64,000 nt of DNA from Eledone cirrhosa (taxonomy: Eukaryota). The stretch spans positions 228,470,001 through 228,534,000 of the forward strand of contig OZ024742.1 in the NCBI GenBank assembly GCA_964016885.1. Direction: 5' to 3'. How positions within the stretch are numbered: position 1 is the first letter of the stretch; the number at the start of each line of letters is the position of its first letter. The position numbers and the translations under genes are program-made. Below, piece after piece: positions 45,128 through 60,138 of this stretch. The notes under the pieces were generated by a model. That model did not search any database. It saw only the letters and a program-made list of their open reading frames with translations, and was not told where the DNA came from.

Positions 45128-45312
45128 GGATTGGCAGTATCGGTAGAGGGTCGGACGCCATGCTTTGACGCATAGAGTTACGGCCCTTGCCATTCTGAGT
45201 TCAAATCCCGCCGAGGTTAACTTTGCCTTTCATCCTTATGGGGTCGATAAAATAAAGTACCAGTAATACACTGGGTAATTGCTGGCCTTGTGCCAAAAGT
45301 AGAAACAATTAT
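45128..45312 (+). mobile_element. SINE with a Meta-like central domain; relatives at 18590-18800, 19153-19325, 19670-19830, 45770-45915 and 49325-49660 (minus)
   Basis: B-box-like GAGTTCAAATCCC and a conserved TTGCCTTTCATCCTT..GGGGTCGATAAAATAAAGTACCAG. Confidence 0.65.
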
Positions 45313-46262
45313 CAAATATCAACCAAGATATAAAAAATTTCGATATGCAATAAACATAACATGTACATAAATTGTACGCGCATATACAAATAGATGTGCA
45401 TTTTGGTAGTTTGGGGAGAAAATATATAATTATTGACAGACAGACATACAGACACACACAAACACACCTCGCACACACATACCGTATATATATGCAATGA
45501 AGCCAAGAGTTTTACTCCCTCAATATTTCTCCCTCTCAGTTTTTTCAGTTTTCTTTCATTTTCTTATTTTTTCCTTGTGCTTTTGATATTATGATATTGT
45601 AAATCAAATTATATATTTCTTTAAAAAATATATAATTACGCGATACAAAGAAAATTAAAAGAACAATTTCATACTTTCAAGGGAAGTAATACATAAATAC
45701 GAATATAAGAGTTTTTTCCCTTGCCTAAACAATTCTTTGAATTTTGTTGCGGCAATGAATATTGTAAAGCGGTGAAATTGGCAGAGTCTGCAGAATGCTT
45801 TGTGGTACACATACCGGTTTTCTGCGCTCTGTGTCCCAAACCCTCAGGGGTCAATTTTATTTTTCCTCCTTTTACGGATCGATAAAAAAAGGACCAGACC
45901 AGTACTGGGGTCGATTCTTCCCCTATATCTATTTCTCACTTTCTCTCTCTGTCTCTTTTTCTCTGGAAGAAATCGGCTGTTTCGACCTTTAGAAGGGAAG
46001 GGCTCCGATACGCTTACAATGCGCGAGACATGCTGTATGTGACAACGGCGTCCCTACGACTCCACCAAGAGTTACGGGTCCTTACATACGTACAATGAAT
46101 ATTCTCGTGGAAGATATTTTATTCCAGCTAAAAAAAAAACCCAAAACCAAAAAAACAAAAAAAGAAAAAAGGCGTCGTTCTTCAGATTGGACCAAGAAAA
46201 CATAATGTTCGTGAGTCCATTATACTAACCACTTGACCTTTACATCATTCAAAGTGAAAGAA

Positions 46263-46417
<155 letters not shown>

Positions 46418-46613
46418 TAAAAAGGGGTAGGTATGCGAGCGGGGGAAACTCTATGCCCTTGGCTAGACGGTGCATTTCAGCTGCACCTCACTGACAACAC
46501 ACACATATATATATATATATTTTTATTCTCTCTCTCTATATATATATGTATATGTGTACATTCATCCATACACATACGCACACGCACGCACACACACGTG
46601 TTTGTGTATATGT

Positions 46614-46758
<145 letters not shown>

Positions 46759-46963
46759 GAAAGATTTGAATGGATACAGTTTAGTTGAAAGGAATTTATT
46801 GACACGTGTTTCTATAACAGTTACATAACCTAAAACAGCTATCTACAAACTTTTAGTTATGCAGACATTCAATATTTCAATGTTATTGTTTACTGTCATT
46901 TCATCAGAATAATATTACTGAGGACCTATTTAGTTTTATATTACAACACAACGGAAAAAACTG

Positions 46964-47329
<366 letters not shown>

Positions 47330-47428
47330 TATATATATATCTGTGTGTGTACACATATACACAGACACATGTGCGTGTGCGTGCGTGTGCGTATGTGTAT
47401 GGATGGGTGTGCGTCCGTGAGATTGCGT

Positions 47429-47468
<40 letters not shown>

Positions 47469-47680
47469 ATATATATCTCATACCGAGATCGATAAATAAA
47501 AGACCACTCATGCCCGAGGGTCGATTCTTCTCCCTTCCTTCTTTCCAATTCTCCGTATTGATCACAATAAAACAACATAGTTGATTCAGACAAAAGTAAA
47601 GTAGTCTTTAACAAAGGTTACATATTTACTCTATTCTAGAAATAATTAATTTAACATGCGTCTGATCGTCTGACCTGGTA

Positions 47681-47752
47681 GCCGTGATCGTCTAGTGGTT
47701 AGGACCCCACGTTGTGGCCGTGGTAACCCAGGTTCGAATCCTGGTCACGGCA
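47681..47752 (+). tRNA. tRNA-His-GTG: tRNA-His (GTG)
   Basis: Acceptor stem GCCGTGA/TCACGGC, anticodon arm CCACG-TTGTGGC-CGTGG, T arm CCAGG-TTCGAAT-CCTGG. No encoded G-1 or CCA. Oligo-T Pol III terminator from ~47758. Confidence 0.96.
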
Positions 47753-47934
47753 GGTCATTTTTTATTTTTTTTTTAATTTACTGGCTTCAACCATTTTAGA
47801 CTGCAGCCATACTGGGGCACTACTTTAAAGTCGATAATATCGAACCTAGTATTTATTTTTTTAAACGTATAACACTTATTTTGTTGATGTATCTTTAGCG
47901 AACCGCTATGTTATGAGACGTAAGCACAGACAGA

Positions 47935-47971
<37 letters not shown>

Positions 47972-48394
47972 CTCTCTCTCTCTCTCTCACACACAAGCGC
48001 ACTCAGCCCTTTCTTCTTACAGCTGTCACATCCTGGATGTTCCGTTGGATCAAGAGGAGGGCCGAGATGGTGTCCGTGTCTACATGGGCACCTAAAGCCA
48101 TAGCGAAACCATGGTAAATACTACTCGATTGAGAGTGATGGGTGTAATTTTTATGTATGTATGTATGTATGTATGTATGTATGTATGTATGTATGTATGT
48201 ATGTATGTATGTATGTATGTATGTACGTATGTATGTATGTATCTATGTATGTATGTATGTATGTATGTATGTATGTATGTATGCATTTATCTATGTATAC
48301 TCACACATACAACATACATACATACAAACATACATATATGTATATCTATCTATGTACGTATAGTATATATTTATGTATGTATGTTATATATATA

Positions 48395-48440
<46 letters not shown>

Positions 48441-50772
48441 ATGTTTATATGTGTGTGTGTGTTTGTTTTTGTGTGTGTGTGTGTGTTTGTTTGTTTATGT
48501 TTGTGTGTGTGTGTGTGTGTGTGTTTGTTTGTTTGTGTTTGTGTGTGTGTGTGTTTGTTTGTTTATGTTTGTGCGTGTGTGTTTGTTTGTTTGTGTTTGT
48601 GTGTGTGTGTGTGTTTGTTTGTTTATGTTTGTGCGTGTGTGTTTGTTTGTTTGTGTTTGTGTGTGTGTGTGTGTTTGTTTGTTTATGTTTGTGTGTGTGT
48701 GTTTGTTTGTTTGTGTGTGTGTGTGTGTGTGTGTGTTTGTTTGTGAAGGTGCATGGTGTAGTGGGAAGTGTGTTGAACTTACGATCATAATGTTGTGGGT
48801 TTGATTCCTGGACTGGGTTTTGTGGTGTGGTCTTAACACTTCATTTCACGTTGCTCCAGTACACTCAGCCGAAACGAGTGCCAGTGGTAGCTGGGGGTTT
48901 AACGCCACACAAACCGCACATGTATGTGTGTGTATGTGTGTGTGAAGGCGCGTGTCTTAGTAGTTAGAGAATATAGTGTTTTATATACCACTACGGATAT
49001 TACCTTCCAGTGTTCTACCACAATATATATATATATGGACTACTAAATCACTTCCAAGGTAACTCGAACTCGTGTTATTAATTTTTTACACATTTAAAGT
49101 ACCAGTAATTGCTGGCCTTGTGCCAAAAGTAGAAACAATTATTTTTTACACTTTTCCTACGTTCCTTGACACTCTGTACGCCTCTTTCTACGTTTATTAC
49201 ATTTCTCTTTCATTACCACCTGATTCTGTTACCCGGAGATTTACTCATCTGCATTGTTGAGGCTTTCAAAACGACCGTATATATATATATATATATATAT
49301 ATAAGTTAAATTCGATTATATCCACCCTAGTATTTTACTTGTACTTTATTTTATTGAAGATGAATGGCAAAGTTGACCTCGACGGGATTTAAACTCAGAA
49401 GGTAAGGTGCAGCAACTAAATAAAGCAAAATATTTTGACCGACACCCTAGTGTTTCTGCCAACCCGCCACCCTTATACACAGTAATAATGGTTTATGATT
49501 TAGGCACAAGGCCAGCAATTTTCAGGGAAAAGTCGATTAAATCGACACCAGTGTGTTACTGGTGCTTTATTTTATCGACCCACTAAGGATGACAGGCGAA
49601 ACTAACGTCGGTGGGATTTGAACTCAGAACGTAAAGGACCATAACTCTATACTGCAAAGCATGGTGTCTTCATTACAGAGATTTATTAATCAACAATTAA
49701 TTTTTTTCTGAGAAACTTTGTGAAGATGTGAAAGAGATTAAGGAGCCGAAATAATATTTGATGATATCTAACTGGGTATTTTACGTAATTCCTTTGACAC
49801 CAAAGAACCCGAAACTTCTAGTTTTATGATACTAAGCTGTTTATTCTAAAGTGTTTCTATTTATCTAAAAACTATCATAAAACCTTCCAGTCAGTGTCCA
49901 AATGGTATTTTACTGACCCTACCGGTATCTTCTTTTAAGAGAGAACCACCTGGATGTCCTCTCTGCTACACCTACGTTGCACTTGATGGCTTTTCACCTG
50001 CTCAATTCAAGGTTTCACTAGATCTTAATCAATGATCTGTGAACCCGATACTGCCAAACTGAATTGGTATGCACCTGGTCTTCAAACCATTCCAGCAGCA
50101 GTCGTCCACCAATTGCTGGTACTTCGCTTTCTTCCTTTCTTGAGCTTCCTCCACCTTCTTATATATAAAACTGCCGGTACAGAACGTATTTTAATAAACA
50201 TTTGGAAGAAACAGTGTGGTTACTTGATAAAGTGTATTTAAAAATAAAAGGAAAGCGCAAACGGGGGACAATCCCTTCTTCAGTTGTCTGCTGGAGATCA
50301 CGGACATTTCAACGCATTAAAGACAATATGCCTAACTCCAATGCGTCAATAACTTGTGGAAGTTATTGGGGGAAAAAAGGACAGAGAAAAAAAATTAAAC
50401 AGTATGTCTGACGAAATCTCTGATAATGTACGAGTAAGTGAAAATGTTAATACATACGTGCATTAATCCATTATTAACATACATATTAACACACATTGGG
50501 TACTCAAATACAAATAGCTCCACTAGCTCAAATAAACGAACAACTCTTTCTTATGGACATCCACCTACCTCCAATTAACACCTAAACCTGAAATGAACCA
50601 TATAAAAAATAAATAGGTTCCTGACACTCCACGCAGCCAATTGAAGCAACTTAGATGGAACACTAATGTCAATATTATTTTACTCTCAATTTTTCTCTTT
50701 GCTTACACATATTAAGTGTTCAACCAGTTAATGTTTGGATGTTTGAAGCACAATGGTATTTGAAATACCCAC

Positions 50773-50937
<165 letters not shown>

Positions 50938-51007
50938 TATGTACATATATATATACATATGTACATATATATATATATACATATATATGTACATATATAT
51001 ATACATA

Positions 51008-51071
<64 letters not shown>

Positions 51072-51074
51072 TAT

Positions 51075-51105
<31 letters not shown>

Positions 51106-51146
51106 AATATATATATCGAGAGAGGGAGAAGAAAGAGGGAGAGAGG

Positions 51147-51182
<36 letters not shown>

Positions 51183-51424
51183 AACACTCTTCTACCGCGC
51201 TTTTCACACTTTCCACGTCATCCCCATGTAAATGTTGACCTTGTAGCTCTCCAAGCAATAAATATTGTCTCATTCTCTTATTCCTTTCTGTCTGTGTTCG
51301 TTTATGGAAAGAATTTAAGCATTATGATTATATTTATTCATTCAATACATCTACATTAACCAGATAACATATACTCTAGTTCAGACATCATTGTGCATGT
51401 TTTATATAGAACATCTTTGATTAA

Positions 51425-51547
<123 letters not shown>

Positions 51548-51600
51548 TATATATATATATATGTATTATATATATACATATATATATGCATATATATATA

Positions 51601-51642
<42 letters not shown>

Positions 51643-51713
51643 CATATAGTATGTATAAATCAATGAATGTATTTATGTATGTATATCCATATGTATGTAC
51701 ACATACACACCCC

Positions 51714-51757
<44 letters not shown>

Positions 51758-51935
51758 CACACACACGTATATATATATATACGCAAATATTGCAGTCTAG
51801 ACTTATATTTCTAATTTTGATTTATGATTTGATTAAATTTGTGTCGCAAGCCTATTTGCCCCACTGACTTGGCGGTGAGAATTTCCAGGAACACACACGC
51901 ACACACGCACGCACGCACACACACACACACACACG

Positions 51936-52024
<89 letters not shown>

Positions 52025-52229
52025 CCCCACATTTTTATATCGGGTGATTTAGTGATGGAGAATTCAATGAGTAAATATATCAGTTAATTTATTCATTTTA
52101 TTACAATATAGTTTCGTAATGTTTCAGCAAAGCGGGCATTTGCGAAGTCTCTTTGAAGTGATTTCTCTGAAGAGGCTCTGTGAACACTCAAAATGAAATA
52201 ATCAATCAATGTCTATCTATCTATCTATC

Positions 52230-52363
52230 TCCCTCTATTGTGGAAAATCGACTAACTTTTTAAATTCCATTTGTGATAACATTTTACACGTTTTTATTGT
52301 ATGTAAACTTCCCCCTTTGTATTTGTCCCCTTCTTCTGTGCCCCTGTGGCTAATAAAGAAACA
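52230..52363 (+). mobile_element. Short 3'-end fragment of a related Tx1-like element between (TATC)n tracts
   Basis: tgtaaact.ccccc..tgtatttgtccccttctt.tgtgccc..gtggc.aataaa matches 58036-58095. Confidence 0.8.
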
Positions 52364-52577
52364 TATCTATCTATCTTGATAGAGTGAGACACTCTTTACA
52401 TCGGCTCTGCTATTCTATCGGAATTTACCCTTACTATAGTAAGTACCAGTGAATTTTTTTAGTGCAACACATTTGGAACACTTACCCCTGTTATTTAGGG
52501 AAACATTTTTACATTTACCCCCTTTTTAGGGGGTAAAATAAATAACTATTTTTCTGTAAAACCTCTTTCTTGGCCGC

Positions 52578-54420
52578 ATGGCGGGAAAGATGGCAGACAT
52601 GTCTGCCATTAGCTCTGCCACGCCCCCAAGTCTGAAGAACAAAAAATGGATACAACAAAACTAGACAACGAAACAAACAAGGAAAATGAAAAAACAAATG
52701 TTACGGAAAATGAGCAAACGGAAAACAAACAAACAGAAAACAAGAATTCAAAAAACAACAAGGCAACTTTCGCCCAGACAACAAAAAAAATCAATCACAT
52801 ATACACCTATTGACTTAACTGCCGCCAGAGAGAAACTGGCAGAAGCAAAAAAGCACATAGTCTTGGGGGAGAACGGAATGTTTTCCATTAATTCCCCCCC
52901 AGAATTCAAGAAAACGAGACAAGAAAACACTGTTCTGTTTAGAACAATCCTAAACAACACAAGGAAGCCAGCACAACCCACCCAAACGGAGATAGAGTTG
53001 GTCCTAAAAGACCATATGAAGAATATTCTCTTCATACGAAAGGACCGACTCTATGGCAGCATTTCTGTTTTAACAAAAGACAAAGAAACAGCACAGAGGC
53101 TTTCCCTAAGCCCACTCACATCAACAGCATACAGTTTCTATCCCTCCTACATGGGTAGAAGAACTCAGAGAATCAAAATACAGACAATGCTGCCCACAAT
53201 GGACTTCTGGTGGGCTATTGCTGGCTTCATAGACATGGGCGAGGACACAGTGCTGTCAATGGGGAAGGCATCTGGAGATGCGTTCCTGGGAATGGGCCTC
53301 GACTTACTAGTACAAATGAGGCTCGAAAGAATAGCGCAAATCCCGGATCGCATCTGGCTGGATGACCTCACCCCAATATATATAATTGTAGAGGGGAGAA
53401 GACCAGCATGCTATTCATGCATGGAAAGGGGACACGTTAAGGCTAACTGCCCGAATCGTATCCCCCAATAAGGACTATTGCCCACACCCACCACAAACAG
53501 TACACCAACACCACCCACCTCCAAAAATACACTAACACCACCAACACACACAGCAAACAAAATACAGACACCACCAACCACAAGCACAACACAAACGTCA
53601 CCACCACCAGCACCAAACACAAGCACGACACATAAATCACCACCACCATCACCAACCACAAGCACAACACAAACATCACCACCACCATCACCAACCACAA
53701 GCACGACACAAACATCACCACCACCACCACAAAACACATTCCAAACAAATAATATAAAAACCAGCAATAATTCTACCCCTCCCGCAAAAAAAACAACCAG
53801 ACACCACGTCCCTCCCACCTAGCGCTGAAGAGTTTCCCCCAACTTCTGAAGAAGAAGGAGGAGAAGCCTTCAGACAAATTAAAAGGAAAAAACGAAAGCA
53901 CACACCCAGCACACCACAACAACAAATAACCCACACACAAACACCAACTCCAATCAAAAACACCCCACCCTCGACAAACAAAAATAAATCTGCGCCTCCC
54001 CTCTTCGAAACATTGACAGCATCACAAAAAAAGACTTTACAATACACATATATAAATAAAGAAAACAAAAAACTGTTTAAATTAAATAACAATAGCCCTT
54101 TGGTGCAGACCGAAGGGCCAAACTTTATCTCAACAGAGAACTTTACTCATTTAAAAATGATAAAGGTCCCTCTGGACCTTTATCGTTCCTTAAAAGAACA
54201 ATTTAAACAGGACGTGAGCCCCCCCCCCCCCTGTTTAAAACCGTTAAATCGCGTCCTCTTGAAAGATTTCCCCATAACCTCCCCTCTCCCTGACACAACT
54301 CCAAATACCCCAACCCCACCACACTCGGATACCCCCACACCACCACAAAACATCCCTCCACCCAACACACCCGACCCCATGGAAATTACACAACCCGGAC
54401 TCCGGGACGCGGAGAGGTAG
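52578..54420 (+). pseudogene. Tx1-like ORF1 (zinc knuckle), frameshifted
   Basis: Split across track ORFs 52686-53471, 53478-53822 and 54013-54420. Confidence 0.8.
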
Positions 54421-57400
54421 GTGCTTTTCTTTCTTCACTTTCAACACCAAAACAGATCAATTGAGAGTTGGTTGTTTGAATGCGCGTGGCCTGGGCTCAG
54501 CTTGGAAGCAAGCAAAGCTTCTAAGTGGCCTCAGGTCACGAAGTATAGATGTGATGGTTGTTTGCGAGAGTCGGATCAGCAGCGTGCGACAGCTGACTCC
54601 CGCCTTCGATGACTTTGAGATGCACGCATCTCTCTGTCAACCCGGAGGTGGGGGTTGGGTTGCCGTACTGCTGGATAAACGTCTGGCTCTCGACGTACAG
54701 ATTGTTCACTCGGACCCGGGGGGTCGATTACTGGTGCTGGACGTTGGAGGCGGTGAAGGCAGGGCTTTCAGACTGGTCGGTCTTTATGCCCCCTTCGGGG
54801 CTGAAAGAGCCGACTTCTTCCAGCGTCTGGAGACTTTTCTAGGAACCTCGCGTTCCCTGCTTTTAGTGGGGGACTGGAATGGAATCCTAGATGCGCGTTG
54901 GGACTATGCAGGGGCATGTCCCGATAGAGGGGGGTGTAGCAGCCTCAAGGGGTTACTCGATCGATTCGACCTGGTCGATAGATTTCGATTAGATTTTCCA
55001 ACTGTGCCAACCTGGACTTGGGCAAACCGCAGTGGTCAATCTAGATCGTACCTAGATAGGTTTTTGGTTAGGAGTAAGGATAGGGACGTATTTAGTTGTC
55101 CAGAATTGCTCATGGTTGGCTATTCAGATCACAAATTAGTGACCTGCGTGGTCAACCTTGATAGAACGCATAGACAGGGTCCCGGTTACTGGAAGATGAA
55201 CTTGTCCTTGCCGGCAAAGGAAGCTTACAGGAACCGGATTAGTAGCTTAGTTAAGATGCGGTTGACGGGAGCGATCGTCAACAGCAGGTGATGGATATCT
55301 CTAATGAGAGAGATTAGAGTAAGTTCGATAGGTTACAGTAAGGAACTAGCGGCGAATAGAAATAGGAGGGAAAGGGAGTTGACAGATAAACTAGAAGAGG
55401 CGATTAGGAGCGGAGACGTGGCCAGAGTGTTAGCGTCGAGAACGGCGTTGAGCCAGTTCTTTGACGCGAAGCACGAAAGCTGCGTTGTCCGAAGTAAAAT
55501 ACGTGCTTTAGGAAACGAGGGGACCAAAGCTGTTAGCTGGGCCCGCGTGACAGAAGCCAAGAGTGGGATTAAATCCACCATTCGGTCTTTGCGAGACCAG
55601 GATGGACGGGTGATCCTTGAACGTGAGCGGATGTGCGAGGCCTTTCAAAGGCACTTTGCTCGACTGTTCGGAGGGGGCGGGGGGCCGGACGGGGATGTGG
55701 ACTTCGGTCCATACCTCGACGGTCTACCGGAGTGCTGCGAAAGGCCAATCACAGCCACTGAAATCGGGGAAGCGCTCAGCCAATGCAGCAGACGTAAATC
55801 TCCGGATCTCGATGGTCTACCATACGAACTTTATTTAGCTATGCCGGTCTTGTTCTCTGAACTCCTCGAGGCTGTCTATTGCAACTGGCAACAGAACGAG
55901 AGAATTCCCTGTTCTGTGACCAAGGGCGTAGTCACGCTAGTGAGGAAGGAAGAGAGCAAGGGGGACAACTTAAGTAACTTTAGGCCCATAACTCTGCTGA
56001 ATGCAGAGTTAAAGATTTTGGCCAAGGTGTTAGCGAAGAGGTTGGCGCTTGTGGTGGGTGGCTTGGTGAGAGACGCGCAGACATGCGCTATCCCGTCCAG
56101 GTCCATTCACGACAACCTCCACCTCATGCGATACATCGTAGAGAGTGGTTGGGAACGAACCCGGTTTTGGTGGGGCCCTGATCAACTTGGATCAATCTAA
56201 GGCGTTCGATAGGGTCGACCATGGTTACCTGGATGCGGTGCTAGCGGCGGCGGGCTTCGGACCCGTTTTCAGGGGCTGGATTTCTGCCATGCACAGTGGC
56301 AACATCTGCTCTAGGGTTAAAGTAAACGGCTACCTCTCGGAGCCGTTTCAAATCACCCGGTCCATCAGGCAGGGGTGCCCCCTCTCCTCCCTTCTGTACG
56401 TATTGGCTCTCGAGCCACTGCTGCGGAAGTTGGAGTTGCTGCGGGGCATACCCCTGGAACCGGGATTGCACAAAGCGGTCTCGGCCTATGCCGACGACGT
56501 AACAGTAATGGTGGCGGACGCCTCGGAAATCGGGGCGATCGCCACCCTACTGGAGGAATACGAAAGGCTGACGGGGGCTAGGCTGAACCGGGACAAGTCA
56601 GTCGGTTTGCAACTCGGAACGTGGAGGGGCAAACCGATGCCGTGCGACGGTGTCGTCGGACGGTGGACGGAGGGCCCGGTGAAAGTGCTCGGGGTTTGGT
56701 TCGGACCGGACCTCCAGGTGGAGAAGAATTGGGGCGAGGTGACGAGCAGGGTGTTTGCGCTGACCCAGAAGTGGGCCAAGTGCAAACTATCGCTGAAAGG
56801 TCGGGCGGAGGTGGCGAACGCTTACATAGCGTCCGTCATCTACCACCGCCTGACCGTCGTGCCTTGCCCTAAGGAAACGCTCACCATCATGGAGCGCATG
56901 CTCTTCCAGTTCCTCTGGAAGAAGCGGCCTCCCATTGTGAGGAGATCCATCTGCTGCCAGCACCCTTCGAAAGGAGGGCTGGGTATGCCGTGGCTGTTGA
57001 TGCGTAGGCACGCATTGAGGCTACGGCATCTACAGGTATTCCTCACCGGTCAGCCGGTGTGGGCCCCGTTTGTGAGGCGAGCCTTCCCACAGCTCGTCTC
57101 GCTCACTGAGCTGCAATCCTGGGTGAAGCAAAGACCGAGAAAACTGGGCAACTGGCACACCGAGTGTGCCCAGGCGCTCACGGCTCTCTGACAAGCGGAC
57201 CCGACTATCAGTGGAGAATCCACCTCGACATTCTATAGAGGGCTGGTGGCTAGCAGGGGCGACGACACCCTTGGAGAGTCGCTAGGCATGGAGGAGGACG
57301 AACTGGCCAGCCTGTTCGGTAGAACTTTCGACCCGGGACCCATGGACAACTTCCAGAGGTCCCTAGCCTGGCAGTGTTACCGGGGGGCTCTGCCCGTTCG

Positions 57401-57869
57401 AGAAAAGCTCTACAGACACGGGCGCCCGGGCAGGGATCCAGCGAAAAAGATCTGTCCCAGATGCGTGCGCGACGAAGAAACCGTTGCGCATGCACTGGTA
57501 CACTGCCCGGGCGTTGCCGATCTGTGGGGCTACGTCGAACGACTGCTGTCGCGTGTGGCGCCGATTCGATTAACCGCCGAGTCTGTGGTGAACATCAAGC
57601 CGCCGCCTCCCTTCAGAAACGAAGCAGAGGCGGTCTTTCTGTGCGTAATAGCCATGATGAAAGAGGTTGTGTGGTGGACGCGCCTGAAAGGTCTGAGGTC
57701 GGGTGACTTTCTCTCCGGCCATCACCTGGTTTACTTCTTCCGATACCACTTCGGAAGAAGGATCAGGATGGAGAGAGAAGTGCTTGGCCCCAGACAGTTT
57801 TATGAAAGGTGGGTGAAAGAAGCGAGAATGGCTCGTGTAAATGGGCCTTCTCTCTACATTGTTCTGTAG
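54421..57869 (+). pseudogene. Tx1-like ORF2 (APE-RT), disrupted
   Basis: Stops at 55289 and 57189; frameshift near 56145. Confidence 0.9.
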
Positions 57870-58099
57870 GTGAAGAAGTGAAGAGGAAAGGGGGAGCGCC
57901 TCCTCTCTGGGCTTCCCCCGCGAAAAGGGTTGCACACTTTTCGGGGGTATGTGCAATCCCGAACACGCCCCCTCCCTTTTGAGGACTTTTTATTATTATA
58001 TTATTATTGTTATTCCTTTTTCTTTACTCGATTTATGTAAACTCCCCCACTGTGTATTTGTCCCCTTCTTTTGTGCCCTCGTGGCAAATAAATAGAAAT

Positions 58100-58134
<35 letters not shown>

Positions 58135-58335
58135 GATAGAGTAAGACACGCTTCACATCGGCTCCGCTATTCCATCGGGATTTACCCTTACTATTGTAAG
58201 TACCGGATAAATTTTTCAGTGCAACACATTTGGAACACTAACCCCTGTTTTTTAGGGAAACATTTTTGCATTTACCCCCTTTTTAGGGGGTAAAATAAAT
58301 ATCTATTTTTGCCGAAAAATTTCTTTCTTGGCAGC

Positions 58336-60138
58336 ATGGCGGAAAAGATGGCAGACATGTCTGCCATTAGCTCTGCCACGCCCCCCAAGTCTGAAGAACA
58401 AAAAATAATTACAACAAAATTAGACAATGAAACAAACAAAGAAAATGAAAAAACAAATGTTAAGGAAAATGAGCAAACAGAAAACAAACAGAAAATAATG
58501 CAAATAACAACAGGGCAACTTTCGCACAGAAAACAAAACAATCCATTACATACACACCAATTGACCTAACTGCCGCCAGAGAAAAACTGGCCGAAGCAAA
58601 GAAACACATTGTTTTGGGGGAGAACGGAATGTTTTCCATTAACTCCCCCCCAGAATTCAAGAAAGCCAGAGCAGAAAACACAGTTCTCTACAGAACTATA
58701 CTGAACCAGACGAGAAAGCCAACACAGCCCAGCCAAATGGAAATAGAGTTAGTCCTAAAAGACTATATGAAGAATATTCTCTTCATACGAAAGGACCGAC
58801 TCTATGGCAGCATTTCGGTCCTAACAAGAGACAAGGAAACGGCGGAGAAGCTTTCCTTAAGCCCACTCTCATCGACAACATATAGCTTCTATCCCTCCTA
58901 CATGGGTAGAAGAACACAGAGAGTAAAAGTAAAAACAATGCTGCCCACAATGGACTTCTGGTGGGCTATTGCTGGCTTCATTGATATGGGCGAAGACACA
59001 ATGCTGTCAATGGGGAAGGCAACTGGAGATGCGTTCCTGGGAATGGGCCTCGACATACTAGTCCAAATGAGGCCCGAAAGAATAGCACAAATCCCGGATC
59101 GCATCTGGCTGGATGACCTTACCCCAATAGACATAATTGTAGAGGGGAGAAGACCAGCATGCTATTTATGCATGGAAAGGGGACACGTTAAGGCTAACTG
59201 CCCGAAACGTATCCCCCAAAAAGGACTATTGCCCACACCCACCACAAACAGTACACCAACACCACCCACCTCCAAAAATACACTAATACCACACACAGCA
59301 AACAAAATACAGACACCACCAACCACAAACACAACACAAACATCACCACCACCAGCACCAAACACAAGCACGACACAAAAACCACCACCACCAACCACAA
59401 CACAAACACCTCCATCACCAACCACAAGCACGACACAAACATTACCACCACCACCACAAAACCCATTCCAAACAAATAATAAAAAAAACAGTAACAAATC
59501 TACCCCTCCCGCAAAAAACAACAACCACACAACACGTCCCTCCCACCTAGCGCTGAAGAGTTCCCCCCAACTTCTGAAGAAGAAGGAGGAGAAGCCTTCA
59601 GACAAGTTAAAAGAAAAAAAAGAAAACACACACCCAGCACACCACAAATAACCCACACACAAACACCAACTCCAATCAAAAACACCCCACCCTCAACAAA
59701 CAAAAATAAATCTGCGCCTCCCCTCTCCGAAACATTGACAGCATCACAAAAAAAGACGTTGCAATACACATATATAAATAAAGAAAACAAAAAACTGGTT
59801 AAATTAATAAACAATAACCCTATGGTGCAGACCGAAGGGCCAAACTTTATCTCAACAGAGAACTTCACCCATTTAAAAATGATAAAGGTCCCTCTGGACC
59901 TTTATCGTTCCTTAAAAGAACAATTTAGACGGGACGTGAGCCCCCCCCCTGTTTAAAACCGTTGAATCGCGTCCTCTTGAAAGATTTCCCCATAACCGCC
60001 CCTCTCCCTGACACAACTCCAAATACCCCAACCCCACCACACTCGGATACCCCCACACCACCACAAAACATCCCTCCATCCAACACACCCGACCCCATGG
60101 AAATTACACAACCCGGACTCCGGGACGCGGAGAGGTAG
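58336..60138 (+). pseudogene. Tx1-like ORF1 (zinc knuckle), frameshifted
   Basis: CYLCMERGHVKANCP; split over several track ORFs. Confidence 0.8.

Larger units (their letters stand above)
52376..58100 (+). mobile_element. Tx1-like (L1 clade) LINE, full-length copy 1, disrupted
   Basis: ORF1 with CCHC knuckle CYSCMERGHVKANCP and a Pro/Thr-rich tail. ORF2 with APE (GCLNARGL, GDWN, SYLDR, SDH), RT (DQSKAFDRV, RQGCPLS, YADD) and a C-terminal CPRC..ET..H..C. Ends AATAAA + (TATC)n. Confidence 0.93.
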